Shown piece by piece: positions 1-12,492 of a DNA stretch of 60,000 bases. The DNA is from Botryllus schlosseri (lineage: Eukaryota): contig CM119371.1 in the NCBI GenBank assembly GCA_051294905.1, forward strand, positions 40,612,001 to 40,672,000, in the 5' to 3' direction. A program made the translations under genes and the position numbers. Positions within the stretch are counted from its first letter, which is position 1; each line of letters opens with the position of its first letter. The notes under the pieces are model-generated. The model saw only the letters and a list, made by a program, of their open reading frames with translations, was not told the DNA's origin and made no database searches.

Positions 1-1698
1 ACCAACAACAACAAAACAAAGCTGGCTACTCTCACCGCGTCGCTCACGAAATGAGTGCACGTGCGCTCCAAAGCAGTCCAAGTGGCGAGTGAGCCATAAA
101 GCAAATAATATCCACCGTGACACTAGGGTTGTCCATAATTTGAAAAATCTTACAAATCCTCGGTTGTAATGTCTTATTCGATAGATTATTGATAAAAAAC
201 GACACTGAGCCTGAAAGAAGCTCACAGAAAGGCCGTTAAGATTTCGTGCAAAGCGTTTGAAAGTAGCTGCCGAAGAATGGGCGTGTCACCGACCATAGAA
301 CGGCGAGAAGACTAGTAATCAAGAAACCACGGCTCTTGATTGGATAATCGGCTATGCTTCAATGACCACGTCAGCAGCAGCTTGCTGATTAGGTGAACAA
401 GGAGTCTGCTACTGGCGGCTATTCTGAAAGCGCATTGTAAGTAGGTTGACAGATAATGATTTAGGATTGATTCAAGGTATCTTGAGGTACGAAATACATG
501 ATGTACAAACAACAGCTGCTTCACAAAAGCATCTAAAGCATGACCGCTTCATCGTGAAGGAAACCGCTGTAGCCTATATATGCCTTGTTTTCAACGAGGG
601 TAAGCATAGGCGCTTATGCAAGTGGCAATTGATTCCTAGATTCAGAAATAATATATCATTATTGAATTCAAAGACAAAGCTTAACAATGACACTATAAGT
701 TAGGTGATCTTATTGGGCTCAGGTTGCCTTACATAGTTGAAGTTTTGAATGCTCTAGCGATCGGCTGAATCAGACGGTTAGGCTTAGCACTCACCAGATG
801 TTTGCAGCAAATTGAATTCACTTGTAAATGTTTTCAAAGTCCCTAATGATGTCGCAGAAACGAGGTTTAAATGCAAGCACAGGCCCTGCTTGATATGATA
901 TGCAAACTATGTTGGATACTATGCACTATGCAGCATTGTCTGTGTTTACCTTTACACCCCTTTTCTGCGCGATTATTAAGGAATTTGGCATATCATATCC
1001 AGCATATTATGTGCTTACTTTTACGCCTCTTTTCTGCGTCATCATCAAGGACTCTGACAACACTTGCAAGTAAATACATGTTGATGCAAGCATCTGACAA
1101 GTGCCAAGCATAACCCGCTGATTCAGCCGACCCTTAGAGCTTTCAAAACTTCAACTATGTACTACAACCTGAGCGCAATGAGATCACACAAACTATAGTG
1201 TCATTGTTAAGCTTTATCTTTGTATTCAATAATGATATATTATTTCTGAAACTAGGAACCCGTCGCCACTTGCATAAGCGCCTATTCTTTCCCTCGTTGA
1301 AAACAAGGCATATAGGCTACGGCGGTTTCTTTCACAATAAAGCAGTCATGCTTTAGAAGTTTTTGTGAAGCAGCTGTTGTTTGTTCATCATGTATTTCGT
1401 ACCTCAACATACCCCTAATCAATCCTAAATCATTATCTGTCAACCTACATACAATGCGCTTTCAGAATCGCCGCCAGTAGCAGACTCCTTGTTCACCTAA
1501 TCAGCAAGCTTCTGCTGACGTGGTCATTGAAGCATAGCCGATTATCCAATCAAGAGCCGTGGTTTCTTGATTACTAGTCTTCTCGCCGTTCTATGGTCGG
1601 TGGCACGCCTATTCTTCGGCAGCAACTTTCAAACGCTTTGTACGAAATCTTAACGGCCTTTCTGTGAGCTTCTTTCAGGCTCAGTGTCGTTTTTTTAT

Positions 1699-2102
1699 TG
1701 TAGCGACCCTGATACGGCGCTGTCGACCTAACAGGGACGTCGTTGTTCTTCGGTTCAGAAACCCTCTCGTCGGCGACCCGCTACCACCAGCATGCCATCA
1801 AGTACACCCAGGAGTATTTACAAATTACGAATTTAATGCCAAGCCACTTAATACAACCAAATACTCCAATCAGTACCTCACAGAGATATACAGGCACTAC
1901 ACTACATTGCAAGTACAAATACACAGTTCACTAGCATTCCTCAGCTTCCTACTACACGACCGCGCGCTCAATAACACGTGCAGCCAGAATCGCAAAGAAC
2001 ATTCTACCAGCTTCCACGAAGAAAGCTCACACTAGCCAATCAACTGTGACAAAACAATGCGATCACTGACCCATTACAATATTCAATTCCCAGGATGTTA
2101 CA
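1699..2102 (-). repeat. 3' LTR
   Basis: TGTAGCG...GTTACA, direct repeat of 3523-3926; preceded on the minus strand by GAAAGGGGAGGGTAG. Confidence 0.92.
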
Positions 2103-2326
2103 CTACCCTCCCCTTTCTTGATTGGATTTTCCCCAAAAATCTCAATCACACAAACAAGACCTACAAAGCAACCAACCATGCTCTAGTACCAGCTAACATA
2201 AATAGCTCAACAACACACAAGAAAGGACCTATTACACTTCGTTCCGCTAAATCAAATGCAATATCGTTGACCATAACGTCCATTCCGAAGTCGTCATCAC
2301 AGTGCATCTCGACTTCCACAATCCGG

Positions 2327-3520
2327 TCACGTCACCCCACCAATTACAGTCAGCCTCCGACCCTCCATCAGGAAGCATCCGTCGGTTCCAGGCCGACACC
2401 AATGAGCATCAGAGCGCTCATACACCATCAGTTCGACACCTTTCTCACACGCAGTCACGCTTACGCCAACGTGACAATCACATTCCTGCTGCTTGATCCC
2501 AGGCAAACACGATACATTGCCTTCCACGACCAACACCGAACTTACAGTCGAAACCGTCCTAACAGCCGCAGTGTCAGCTTTTCCACTTTCCACATCGCCA
2601 CGTTCGACTCCTCCCTGCTGCTCAGTCACAGGCAAACTCGGTCCATTGCCTTCCACGACAAGCACCGACCGTACCGTCGATACAGGCTCAGCAGCATCAA
2701 TACCAGCTTCCCCGCTTTCCATATCAGCACTGCCGACTCTTCCCCCCTGCTCAGTCACAGGCAAACTCCGCTCATTGCCTTCCACGACCAGCACAGACAG
2801 TACCGTCGAAACACCTTCAACAGCAGCAGTACCGGCTTTCCCTCTGCCATCGTCCCCGCGACAGACTTCTCCGTGCTGCTCAGCCCCAGGCAAACACGAC
2901 CCGTTGCCTTCCACGATCAGCCCTGATCGTACCGTCGAGACAGCCTTAACAGCAGCAGCATCAGCATCAGCTTTCCATCTGTCATCGTCACCGCGACAGA
3001 TCTCTCCATGCTGCTCAGCCTCAGGCAAACACGAGCCGTTGCCTTTCACGACTTCATCAGCAGCACATTCCTGTTTGCGTTTACAAACACCGGCTTCCCC
3101 GAATCTGTCTTTTCCGCGAACGACACCTCGCTTTCCGCCACCCGGCTTCCGTGGCAACCCGACAGATTTGGTAACACCAGGCACTGCAGCAATTTCTTCA
3201 CGCGAGCTCTTCAGAGAACCTGAGCCATCACTTCCAGTCTTCCGTCTCCGAAGACTCGTTCTCACCGACAGCAGCCCACCAAGGATAGCATCTAATCCAG
3301 GGAGAACAGTTAACCCCAACTGTCGCTCCCTCTTCCTGCTATTTTCAAACTCTTGCTGCATCCTGTCCATCCGTTCATTGTGTTCCTTGATGCCTACTCG
3401 TAGCTTTTCCGAAAGATAATGGTTATCATCCCCACAGCATAATTGCTTCAATCCGGATGCTTTCCAAACCATATCTTTCCAACCGTCACCGTCAAAGAGA
3501 GGTCCTGGCGTGCTCGCCAA
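2327..3520 (-). CDS. 397-aa repeat-containing ORF in the gag position of the non-autonomous LTR element
   Basis: Only long ORF in element orientation; starts at TTG in the PBS (MASTPG); short coiled-coil-like segment then ~43-aa repeats; no CCHC or pol motifs. Confidence 0.45.
   Translation of the reverse strand: MASTPGPLFDGDGWKDMVWKASGLKQLCCGDDNHYLSEKLRVGIKEHNERMDRMQQEFENSRKRERQLGLTVLPGLDAILGGLLSVRTSLRRRKTGSDGSGSLKSSREEIAAVPGVTKSVGLPRKPGGGKRGVVRGKDRFGEAGVCKRKQECAADEVVKGNGSCLPEAEQHGEICRGDDDRWKADADAAAVKAVSTVRSGLIVEGNGSCLPGAEQHGEVCRGDDGRGKAGTAAVEGVSTVLSVLVVEGNERSLPVTEQGGRVGSADMESGEAGIDAAEPVSTVRSVLVVEGNGPSLPVTEQQGGVERGDVESGKADTAAVRTVSTVSSVLVVEGNVSCLPGIKQQECDCHVGVSVTACEKGVELMVYERSDAHWCRPGTDGCFLMEGRRLTVIGGVT
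2490..3060. repeat. ~129-bp tandem repeat, ~4.3 diverged copies
   Basis: AGGCAAAC anchors at 2501, 2630, 2759, 2888 and 3023. Confidence 0.85.
3503..3519 (-). promoter_or_regulatory. Primer-binding site, tRNA-Arg-like
   Basis: TGGCGAGCACGCCAGGA 3 nt inside the 5' LTR boundary; resembles the complement of tRNA-Arg(ACG) 3' ends; identical to 55585-55601. Confidence 0.8.
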
Positions 3521-3522
3521 AT

Positions 3523-3926
3523 TGTAGCGACCCTGATACGGCGCTGTCGACCTAACAGGGACGTCGTTGTTCTTCGGTTCAGAAACCCTCTCGTCGGCGA
3601 CCCGCTACCACCAGCATGCCATCAAGTACACCCAGGAGTATTTACAAATTACGAATTTAATGCCAAGCCACTTAATACAACCAAATACTCCAATCAGTAC
3701 CTCACAGAGATATACAGGCACTACACTACATTGCAAGTACAAATACACAGTTCACTAGCATTCCTCAGCTTCCTACTACACGACCGCGCGCTCAATAACA
3801 CGTGCAGCCAGAATCGCAAAGAACATTCTACCAGCTTCCACGAAGAAAGCTCACACTAGCCAATCAACTGTGACAAAACAATGCGATCACTGACCCATTA
3901 CAATATTCAATTCCCAGGATGTTACA
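3523..3926 (-). repeat. 5' LTR
   Basis: Direct repeat of 1699-2102, adjacent to the PBS. Confidence 0.92.
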
Positions 3927-4653
3927 CTATCAATAATCCATCGAATAAGACATTACAACCGAGGATTTGTAAGATTTTCCAAATTATGGACAACCCTAAT
4001 ATGTACGCATTGCCCGATTTTATTGACCACTTCAATCAACAATTTCAACGAGGATTTGGCTAGGCCGGACATGCGTGTTCTTAGGAGTGAAAAGCCGCTT
4101 TCTATATTTGCGCCAGATTTTATGTCAAAGACAAATTACACAGTTGCGAACACCCCATCTATCAGGCATACGGAATCTATTACTGTACTGCAAGCTAACG
4201 ATAACATAAGCTGTAAGCCCTGATCATTTCGTTTCCGACAAATGTATCTTAACCATTATTGTTACCTCGTCCGTTTCATGTGGTTTGTTTGTGAGGCGAA
4301 TCAGCAATTTCAAACATTATATTCATAAAGAATCATAACTGAAACTTTCACCGCTGCCTTCGACTCGCTCCCGCCACATTAAAACCGTATTTCAATAAGT
4401 GGCATTTAATACAAAATCCCAATTCGCACACTCATAGGCGCCGAGTCACGGCCACCCCATACAATAAGATTATGCGCCCTCCGTCTGCGATTTCAAATCA
4501 TCAGCGCTGTCAATTATAGCGAGTCTGTGATAGCGCGTAAATGCCAACTATTTACCATTAACCGATACGCGCGAGAATAATCGAATACGCAGCTTCGTTG
4601 GCGACGACGAACTAGTGCATAACACGCCCCAATAAATTGTAATCCGTGATTAG

Positions 4654-5050
4654 TAAGGCAAGTTTTTGTTGCAGTTAAATCCGTGGAAAGTAGCATTTAT
4701 TTTTAAAAAAAGTTGCAGAAGTTGCATTTTGACCACATTTTGCTTGCTTGACTAAAAAAAGGTCAATTTCCCGGCTCAGCTCCCGAAATACCCGTAAAAG
4801 CCTTACTTCGGTGCTGATTAACGGTGTTCCAGTCGTATTTCACCAGAATCGACAATACTTTCATAAAAAATCGAGAAAGTTGCAAAATGTTGCAAAAAGT
4901 TGCATGGAAAAAAGGACAAAAGTTGCAATAAGTTTCACTATAAGATTCCTTCAAACAGCTTGAAACAGCATTCTACATATCTTATGAGTATTTAGGAAGC
5001 TGCCGGAAGCTGTAAAAAAGAAGTTGCAAAAGTTGCAAAAACTTGCCCTA
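4654..5050. mobile_element. Probable MITE
   Basis: Imperfect TIR TAAGGCAAGTTTTTG / CAAAAACTTGCCCTA; many internal AAGTTGCA motifs; TSD unclear. Confidence 0.5.
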
Positions 5051-6379
5051 GACTGATCGTGATTAGCAATCAGACAATCGAAGCAATGTCGATTTCGACA
5101 CGCTTGCGCTCGAAACACCATCTCTCTCGACCAGACGAACGAATTCGCGTTCTCCTTCTAATTAAATTCTATTTGCGCTTATATTCGTTTACAAAACAAT
5201 TCTTGAGTTAGTTCCGTGATAGTCTCCTTAACTGGAGGCTTGGAGCGCGAAATAGGACAGTGTCCTTGTGCATGTGCAATGAACAAATTTCATGCCTGCG
5301 AATCGAAAGTCATTCCTGCGCAAAGTGCGCAGATTTATTACTCTGACAAGGCTTTGCCAACTTTTGTCAGGAACTGCAACAATGCAGCTCAAAGAATTGT
5401 CGCTATGTCAGACTTGGAAGGAACCCCATTGTGCAGTAGGCAAGTTGAGGAATTACTGATTACACGCGCGCTTTCTCGTTTGCTTTCATCTGTAGGCTAC
5501 TAACTCTTGTCTGCTTTATACACTCGTATTCCCTCGATGTCACTTGTCACTGTTTGATTTGTTATTAATACGGCGCAAATACAGTCCATCCTCAAGATTA
5601 CCGGACCACGACTGACCTATCGATCTCGCTTTCGATGACATGCCGCCCTATTTCTTGTCGCTTCCTTTTCTATACTATCTTTCTTACTTTCATTCAGTGT
5701 GCATGCCTCCTCTTTACATCGCCTATAGGCCAAGGTGGGTGTCTGATTCCATAGACAACTCATAGTCGCTTCGACATCTTCCTTTCCTTTCATTGTATCA
5801 CATTTTTGTGGTGTATTGAATTGATAAAATTGCTAATAAACCAATGATGATGGTGATTGTGCGGTGCACGGCGTTGAATTGCGATGTAAATGATTGATGC
5901 AACACGAGATTCTCGCTGGCGCAAATTCTAAATTTATTCGATTAGTTTGAACGGGCACCTGTGTTCCAATAAACTTCATGACTGGACGGACTCTATCGAG
6001 CGCAACCATGTCGTGGATCGAATTTCAAAGCTTTGGGATTTCTATTCATAAGGTCACGGAGCGCGTCCATATTTCTCTTATTGCAAGAACACATGGGTAA
6101 TTAAAAGCACACTTTCTTACGATCAATAGCTGGTTCGTGGTACAGAACTTGAATATAGCTTTCAATACAACATCCATTGTAGCAGTATATTTATTAAACT
6201 CGAAGACTTTTCGGGTGCCTCTTTTCAAGAGTTATCGGCACACTAAAGGGATTTAAACAGATTTAAAAGCAAAACCAAAAAGGCAAAGTATGACGCAACA
6301 ATCAAAATCACAGACCATGCAATTCGCATCGTATCAATGGCAACAATAACAAACTACGAAGTATACGGACAGGTTGCCA

Positions 6380-6659
6380 GTAAACTCGCCCCAAAGTAAA
6401 TTCGGCCCGTCGAATTCGGCCCTCGGTCACTTTGGACGTCGGTGAATTCGGCCGTCGGTAAATTCGGCCCTCGGTAAATTCGGCCAGGGCCAGCCAGAGT
6501 AACAATAACAGTTACAATACCATTACCTGACCTGAACCCTAATCCTAACCTAACTCTAATCCTAACCTAACCCTAATCCTAACCTAACCCTACTCTTAAC
6601 CTAACCCTAATCCTAACCCTAATCCTAACCTAACCCTAATCCTAACCTAACCTAACCCC
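6380..6659. repeat. AATTCGGCC motif array followed by interstitial telomere-like CCTAA/CCCTAA/TCCTAA repeats
   Basis: Five AATTCGGCC copies at 6399-6485; ~17-bp CCTAACCCTAATCCTAA units at ~6528-6659. Confidence 0.75.
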
Positions 6660-7174
6660 ATCGAACAAGATTATCCCAGTACTACCGCAAATACAATATT
6701 CTGAAATTTGACGATATTTTTACATTTGAAGTAGCTAAATTTATGCATCAATATTTTTCAAATGAATTGCCTCCTGTGTTCAATGATTTCTTCGTCCTTG
6801 CTCAAACTGTTCACTCACACAATACCAGATTTTCTTCCCAGGGCAACATCTATTTTCATCGACCCACCAGTAGCCTCACAAAGAAATCGATCGACTATGC
6901 CGGTCCTGTCATATGGAATGCTATACCCTCCTCAATACGGGACCTCCCATACCACTCCTTCAAAAAGGAATTATTCAGTCACCTCATCTCCCATTACCAA
7001 TGATCCGCTTGTCTCCCACCAAATTTGTAGTTTCTTTAGTATTTTATTTTTATGCTGAGCTGAATTGATTGATCCCAACCAATGCATCCAAATTTATAAC
7101 ACAATATCTGTATTTGTTTATGCAGGGTGTGATCAGACTAGTTGACCCTACCCAGAGTCATATCGGTCACACCC
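6660..7174 (+). mobile_element. 5'-truncated CR1/L2-group LINE: ORF2 C-terminus and 3' UTR
   Basis: ORF 6743-7003 has HSHNTR...YAGPVIWNAIPSSIR, typical of CR1/L2 ORF2 ends; 3' UTR hairpin CAGGGTGTGA...TCACACCCTG at 7123-7176. Confidence 0.75.
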
Positions 7175-8146
7175 TGTGACCTCCTAATATAGTCGATGTA
7201 AAGAGATTCACAATAGTTTTCAGACAGCTTTATTTCCGCGACCTCACGGCAGCCAGTTCAGACAAGCAGGGCATGCATTGTCATGGGTCCACCAAGTGTC
7301 CATTTCACGTAGTCGGTGCTAGACACTTGGCGGCCCTAGAAATAACAGTACGATCACAATATTAACATAGCCTTTACAAACTAGCCTGGAAGCGGCAGAC
7401 CGATTCAGTGCTTTTGTTGTTCCGTGCAGCGACACCGCGTGTAAGACTGCGACTTTCAATTTCTGCAGCCATTTGATACTTGGAGATGTGTGTATTCTGC
7501 ATATCTACCCGATCGATCTGACTGAGGAAGAACTCAAAGAAATGTTTAAAGACGTAAGTAATAGCTATAAAACATCAAGGACAAAAATAAACTACGTCCT
7601 TTCTTGTGGTAACTGATGATAGACAAATTATTTCAATAGAGCAGTGAAATCAAACGGAATCAGGGAGTAGGCCTACTCTCCCCGTTGCTGTTCTGTTGAT
7701 CCAAGCTTGTTGAAAAGATGGATGACGTGTTGCTCATATTATGTTTCAGAATGAAGAGGACGTAGTTGTAACGTCAAATGAAGAGGGATGTTTTGAGATT
7801 CAAACTGGAGATATTGATATCGGATGTTAACTGCCGTCACTTTCATCTTCACAACAAATATCTGTAAAGTACTGCTGGTGCCGGGGGTATAGATCCTCTC
7901 TACTGGGATCATAACTATTATTGGTGTGACATTGGATATGACTCTGCAACTCAACGGAATACTCAACAATGTGAGTAATAATTATTTACCGCGTTTTTTT
8001 CGGACGATTTATGCTTCTAAACTTGTCCCTGGAAACAGCAGAACCATACTATAAAATGACTGAAAAATTGCAAACTAACAGCATATCATTGCAAAGAACA
8101 GTATATTTAAAAAATATCGATCATACTGTAGCTATGTCCTACATAG

Positions 8147-11100
8147 TCATAACTTAACGTTGGAACTTGTTGGTGCTTCAATTGGTTGCTTCAACACAGC
8201 CAAGTTCAACATGTTGGTAGCAAACTGACATATTGTTGGATTATTTGTCCTTGCCCCACGTTCTCTTTGCATACCGAAGTATGCCTCCAAAGTGTCCTGA
8301 TTTACTTTTCTTGTCATCACAAAGTCTGCTCCACTGCCCAGGGTATTTTTCACAATTTCGACCATTGATTTGGTGGCAATGCGCAAACCATTTCTGGTTG
8401 CATCACTCAAAATCATTTTTGATCGGTCAACCTCTCCTACCAATCTCAAATTTTGGGCATTAGTTTCCCAGCTGTCTAAGTATCCCAAAAATTCCGTCGA
8501 CAGCCAGTTTAACCGTGGGTCGGTTACAGATTTGAATGGTTCTCTCGACTCCTTGAACTTTTTGCCTTGATAACCAGTATTCATATAATCAAACCATTTA
8601 TCAATTGTCATCAAGAATTTTCCCAAAGCCTCACATCCTCTGCTTTGAACTACAGAGCCTATGAAAATGAGAAGGTGCTGGTTAGCAAATATCTGATTCG
8701 AGGTGCAAGCTTCATTAATTATAATGCTCACCCATAGTTGCAGACAGAGTTTGAGCGGCGATACGGACATTCATTTTTTGCCAGGCATTTGGTGATGCAT
8801 GGGCCTCAGTCAGCTGGGGATAGATGCGAAGATCGCCTCTCGATATGTCTTCCTATTTTTCAAATATGGATATTGGATATATATGAAGTGTCAGTAATAA
8901 AAAATGGCTAGTCAATTATACCCGTATAATCTCAGTGATTGGCTTTTTGTAAATAGGACCCATGTTCCACAGACTCTTTTTACCGTTGAAGAGATTATTT
9001 CTGCAGGTTTTCAACAGATGTGGTGGATCGGGTATAAAATATATGTACCTGTGTTAGAAATACGGTAAGATTAGTCAATAGAATGTTGCCTGAAGTAGAA
9101 GATCATGTGCCTTTTTGTGTCAATGGGGTTTTTCATGCGATATGGAACTTGATCATCATTATAATCTCCAAGCAAAGCCATCACAGTTCGGTTCGCTGGA
9201 AGTCCATCAACTAAACAAAACTCACGTAGTCATCTTTATTAAAGAAGTGTACCATATTTCAAGAATTAACTATGATAATATACTTCTGATACCAAAGAGC
9301 AAATGAGGTAAGCCAATTAAGCATTGGCACATGATGTAATAGGACTTACAAACAATTCCTTCAATGATACAACTTGTCTGAAGTTGAACTTCGACCAGAA
9401 GATCCAGTAACAGAAAAAAGAGATCCGACGAATCTATCCCAGCTGTCGGGTAACATGCAATGACTCCATCTAGGTCTTTATTGGTTATTCCTGGATTTTA
9501 GTTCACGAGGCACCAGTTTTAAACTATGTCCTTTTATTTACAGAATTCACTGACCTCGCATGTATGCAGCAAGGATGTGACTGGCCATTTTATCGGAAGA
9601 TTTTGACAATCCTGTGTATACTTCATTTTCGTAGTCAACCAGTCCAATGATAGCATTTGTTGAAGATTGATAAATAAGTTCCTCTGAAAGTTGACGGTAA
9701 GCAATGCGTAACAATGATGACATACCGTACTGTCAATAAGCCAAACCTTTTATTGTCATCTCATCCAAAGCAAGAACAACATATCTGTCACATTCTTTTG
9801 AAGCTTTTGCAACAGCATCTCTTGTGATCTCTGCGGCCTTGGTTTGAAAGCCATACCCACATATTCCAAAGTCTTTGTTTCTGGTGGTATTTAATGTCCG
9901 GGGTGAAGGCAAAATCAATATTTTCCGAATTAACTTGTATGCTGCTGGTGATTTGGCGTACAAATGAAGAATATTTATATCTTAGGTCCCAAACACAAAG
10001 ACTGTTTTCAATTTACCTTACTACCGATGGCGGAAATCTTCTTTGAAATTTGGACTTTTCAGCCTGCAAAGCTAACTGCGTCTCCCACCATTCCTTCAGG
10101 AAATTGTCAGTGCTAGCAATTTCCTCCACAAAATTAGCCATTCCTTCACCTAATGTTACACCCTTAGCTTCCAGCAGTGACTCAAGATCAGAAATTCTGG
10201 ATAAAATTTATAGGTGAATTCTCGATTTAGTTCGAGCCAATCTGTTACCACTTACCAATATATTATCCTATATTGTTTATATCGCCCCATAACTAACTCT
10301 CTTACAATATGTAAAACGCATTCAATGTTTCAACTGACCGTGTCTGACACAAAGACCATGATTGTTCTAGTCTTTCTCGACTGGCCCTTTCTGCTTGCTT
10401 TATAGGTACCTCCTGCAATTTGGACAGCCTGCGATATTTACTCCTTTGCTTTTCATCAAATTTAACATGTGACTTCATGCATTCTGCACATACAGATCCA
10501 TCTTTGGAGATGACAACCTCGCATGTTTTGGTATAATGTCTGCAAAAGTAACATCCTCGAAATTGTTAGTATAATTGCGTCACAGTTTTAAAATAAGGAC
10601 AATAATATTTATAATATAAGAATATATGATTAAGTATCTGCTTTGCTTGGAAACTTGCAAACTACCTCATTGCAATGTACTTGGTCGTAATTCTGAAGTT
10701 TTTTTTATATTCTTTGCCAACTTTTGTAAGTCTATTCAACTTTGTAATTTTAATTTTCTCAGATCCAATACACGAAAAACTTAACTGACCTCGATTTTTC
10801 GACCAACTTTCCTCCCTCTTTTGTTGCAGTGCAACGTACTCTCCAGAGGTTATCCTCCACGCTAAAATCTGCATACCCGTCACAGACATCCAACTTTTTC
10901 AAATCCCGAAGCAGCTTTTGAAGCGAAAATTCCAAAGTAAGAGTATGTGAGTATGCTGATGCATACACTCCTTGAATGGCTAAAGACAGTTCAAAGGAAG
11001 AAGATTGATGCCGAATCAAGAGACTCATGTATGGACACGCGTGAATGTCGGGGTCTTTGTAATATGTCAAGTGCAGCCTGTTTTCATCGATTTTGTGGGC

Positions 11101-11985
11101 TCTCCAGTTTACAATAGGATGCAAAACAAAATCAGTGTAAACATCATCAATAGAACCATAATCTTTCTTATTCGGGTAAGAAATTGTAAGTGAATATTTG
11201 ACAATTGTTCTTCTAGCAGAATTTGGAGTGCACTCGTGTGATTTTTTTGGGAGATTTTCCGTAGGCAGAGCTCCCCATTTGATCCGGGATCGTTTGCTGT
11301 TGGCCACTATGTCTCCTGAAGCAAAATGCTTCTCGCAAATGTACACTTCCTTCGTCTTCAGACGATTACGAAATTGAGAATCATCCCTGTATTTCAATAA
11401 ACGCTGAAATGAAAGGATACTTGATGTTCATGGATTGCATTGTGGTTTTTGGGGTCAATGAATAGATGGATTGGTAACAACAGTAGGTACCGGACGAGCA
11501 GGTATTCACTAGAGGTGGCAATAGAGTAGGGTTACCATACGTAGGATTTGTCCTCCTTTTTCAGGTTTTTGAAAATGTCCTCTGAGGACGCCTAAATATC
11601 CTCCTTTTTGGTGATTCGTCCTTTACAGCTAAGATAATGGAAATTCGTGGTTCGATCAAAAGCGACGACCTTTTTTTAGTCAACCCTTCAGCAAAAATAG
11701 CGAAATCGACTGATTTCAGTTTTGACCAACTAACTTATCTGAATTGGTAAAAGTGTCCTCCTTTCCCCCTTCCAAAATATGGCAACCCTACAATAAAGTG
11801 ATCAGAGTTTAGAACGAGTTGTTAACCTGATGAAAATTGGATGCCCATTCTTGATCTGCAGAATGGGAGCTACCATCTTTCTCATTTGGAACTTTATACA
11901 GGCGAATCCCACTTCTCTGAGAACTTGTACACCCCGGCAAACAGCAGTATTTACCGGATCCCTTTCCACACCAGGCCTTTTTCAT
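8147..11985 (-). CDS. Multi-exon THAP-domain P-element-type (THAP9-like) transposase
   Basis: Exon 1 (11827-11985, KYCCLPGC...W) splices GT-AG in frame to 11403 (ICEKHF...GALPT), giving a C2CH THAP domain. Later exons carry LYAKSPAAYKLIR..LPSPRTL, LALDEM, DGLPANR, DPPHLLKTCRNNL, KMNVRIAAQTL and NQDTLEAYFG..R..G.RTNNPT. Internal exon boundaries not all resolved. Confidence 0.88.
11527..11790. mobile_element. hAT-type MITE in transposase intron 1
   Basis: TAGGGTTACCATA ... TATGGCAACCCTA TIRs; 8-bp TSD CAATAGAG/CAATAAAG. Confidence 0.85.
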
Positions 11986-12492
11986 GTCTCTCTGTAGGCA
12001 AAACTATCTAATTCTTTCTCAATTAAAGAATAGAACTCGGTCACTACTTCACAATTCCAGCAACTTGACAGCAAATTTTGTCATTGTAATGCAAAAGTAA
12101 CAAAGTTTAACACTCAATCATTGGGCTATTCATGCATACCAAAACTTTGCATTTTTTTTCGTTCCAATGTAGTAATTGACAAATAATTGCAAAGAATGAA
12201 CGAAGTGACGAGCAGCCAGTAATCTATTGATATTTTTTTTCCAATAAAAAACTCTAAAAACACCACAAGATTGTCATAATGAAAAGTTACAAGGGAGACT
12301 TGGAGTAATTGTTTTTTAATTTTCTAATATGACACCCAACTTGGCCTCAGAGAACATTTAAATGCATGCAAAGTGTACACTGAAAGAAAATAATAGAAAG
12401 CAATATAAAATGGAAACGGAAATATGCAAAGGAAATGAAGTAGCATGTGTCGGAAATATGAAGAACCAGTTTCGATAATGTTGAGACCATAT

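Larger units (their letters stand above)
1699..3926 (-). mobile_element. Non-autonomous LTR retroelement (2.2 kb, no pol)
   Basis: Two apparently identical 404-bp TG..CA LTRs, PBS at 3503-3519, polypurine tract at 2103-2117 (minus), 4-bp TSD TTAT/CTAT with one mismatch. Confidence 0.9.
124..3998. mobile_element. Non-autonomous foldback (near whole-length palindromic) DNA element, ~1.65 kb without the LTR insertion, hAT-like termini
   Basis: Begins TAGGGTTGTCCATAATTT (124) and ends AAATTATGGACAACCCTA (3998). 124-~900 is the reverse complement of ~990-1698 plus 3931-3998. No clean TSD seen. Confidence 0.8.

Noticed and set aside
1664..3859. Duplicated + strand ORFs (1664-2035, 3443-3859)
   Set aside because: Duplicated only because they lie in the identical LTRs; non-protein-like composition.
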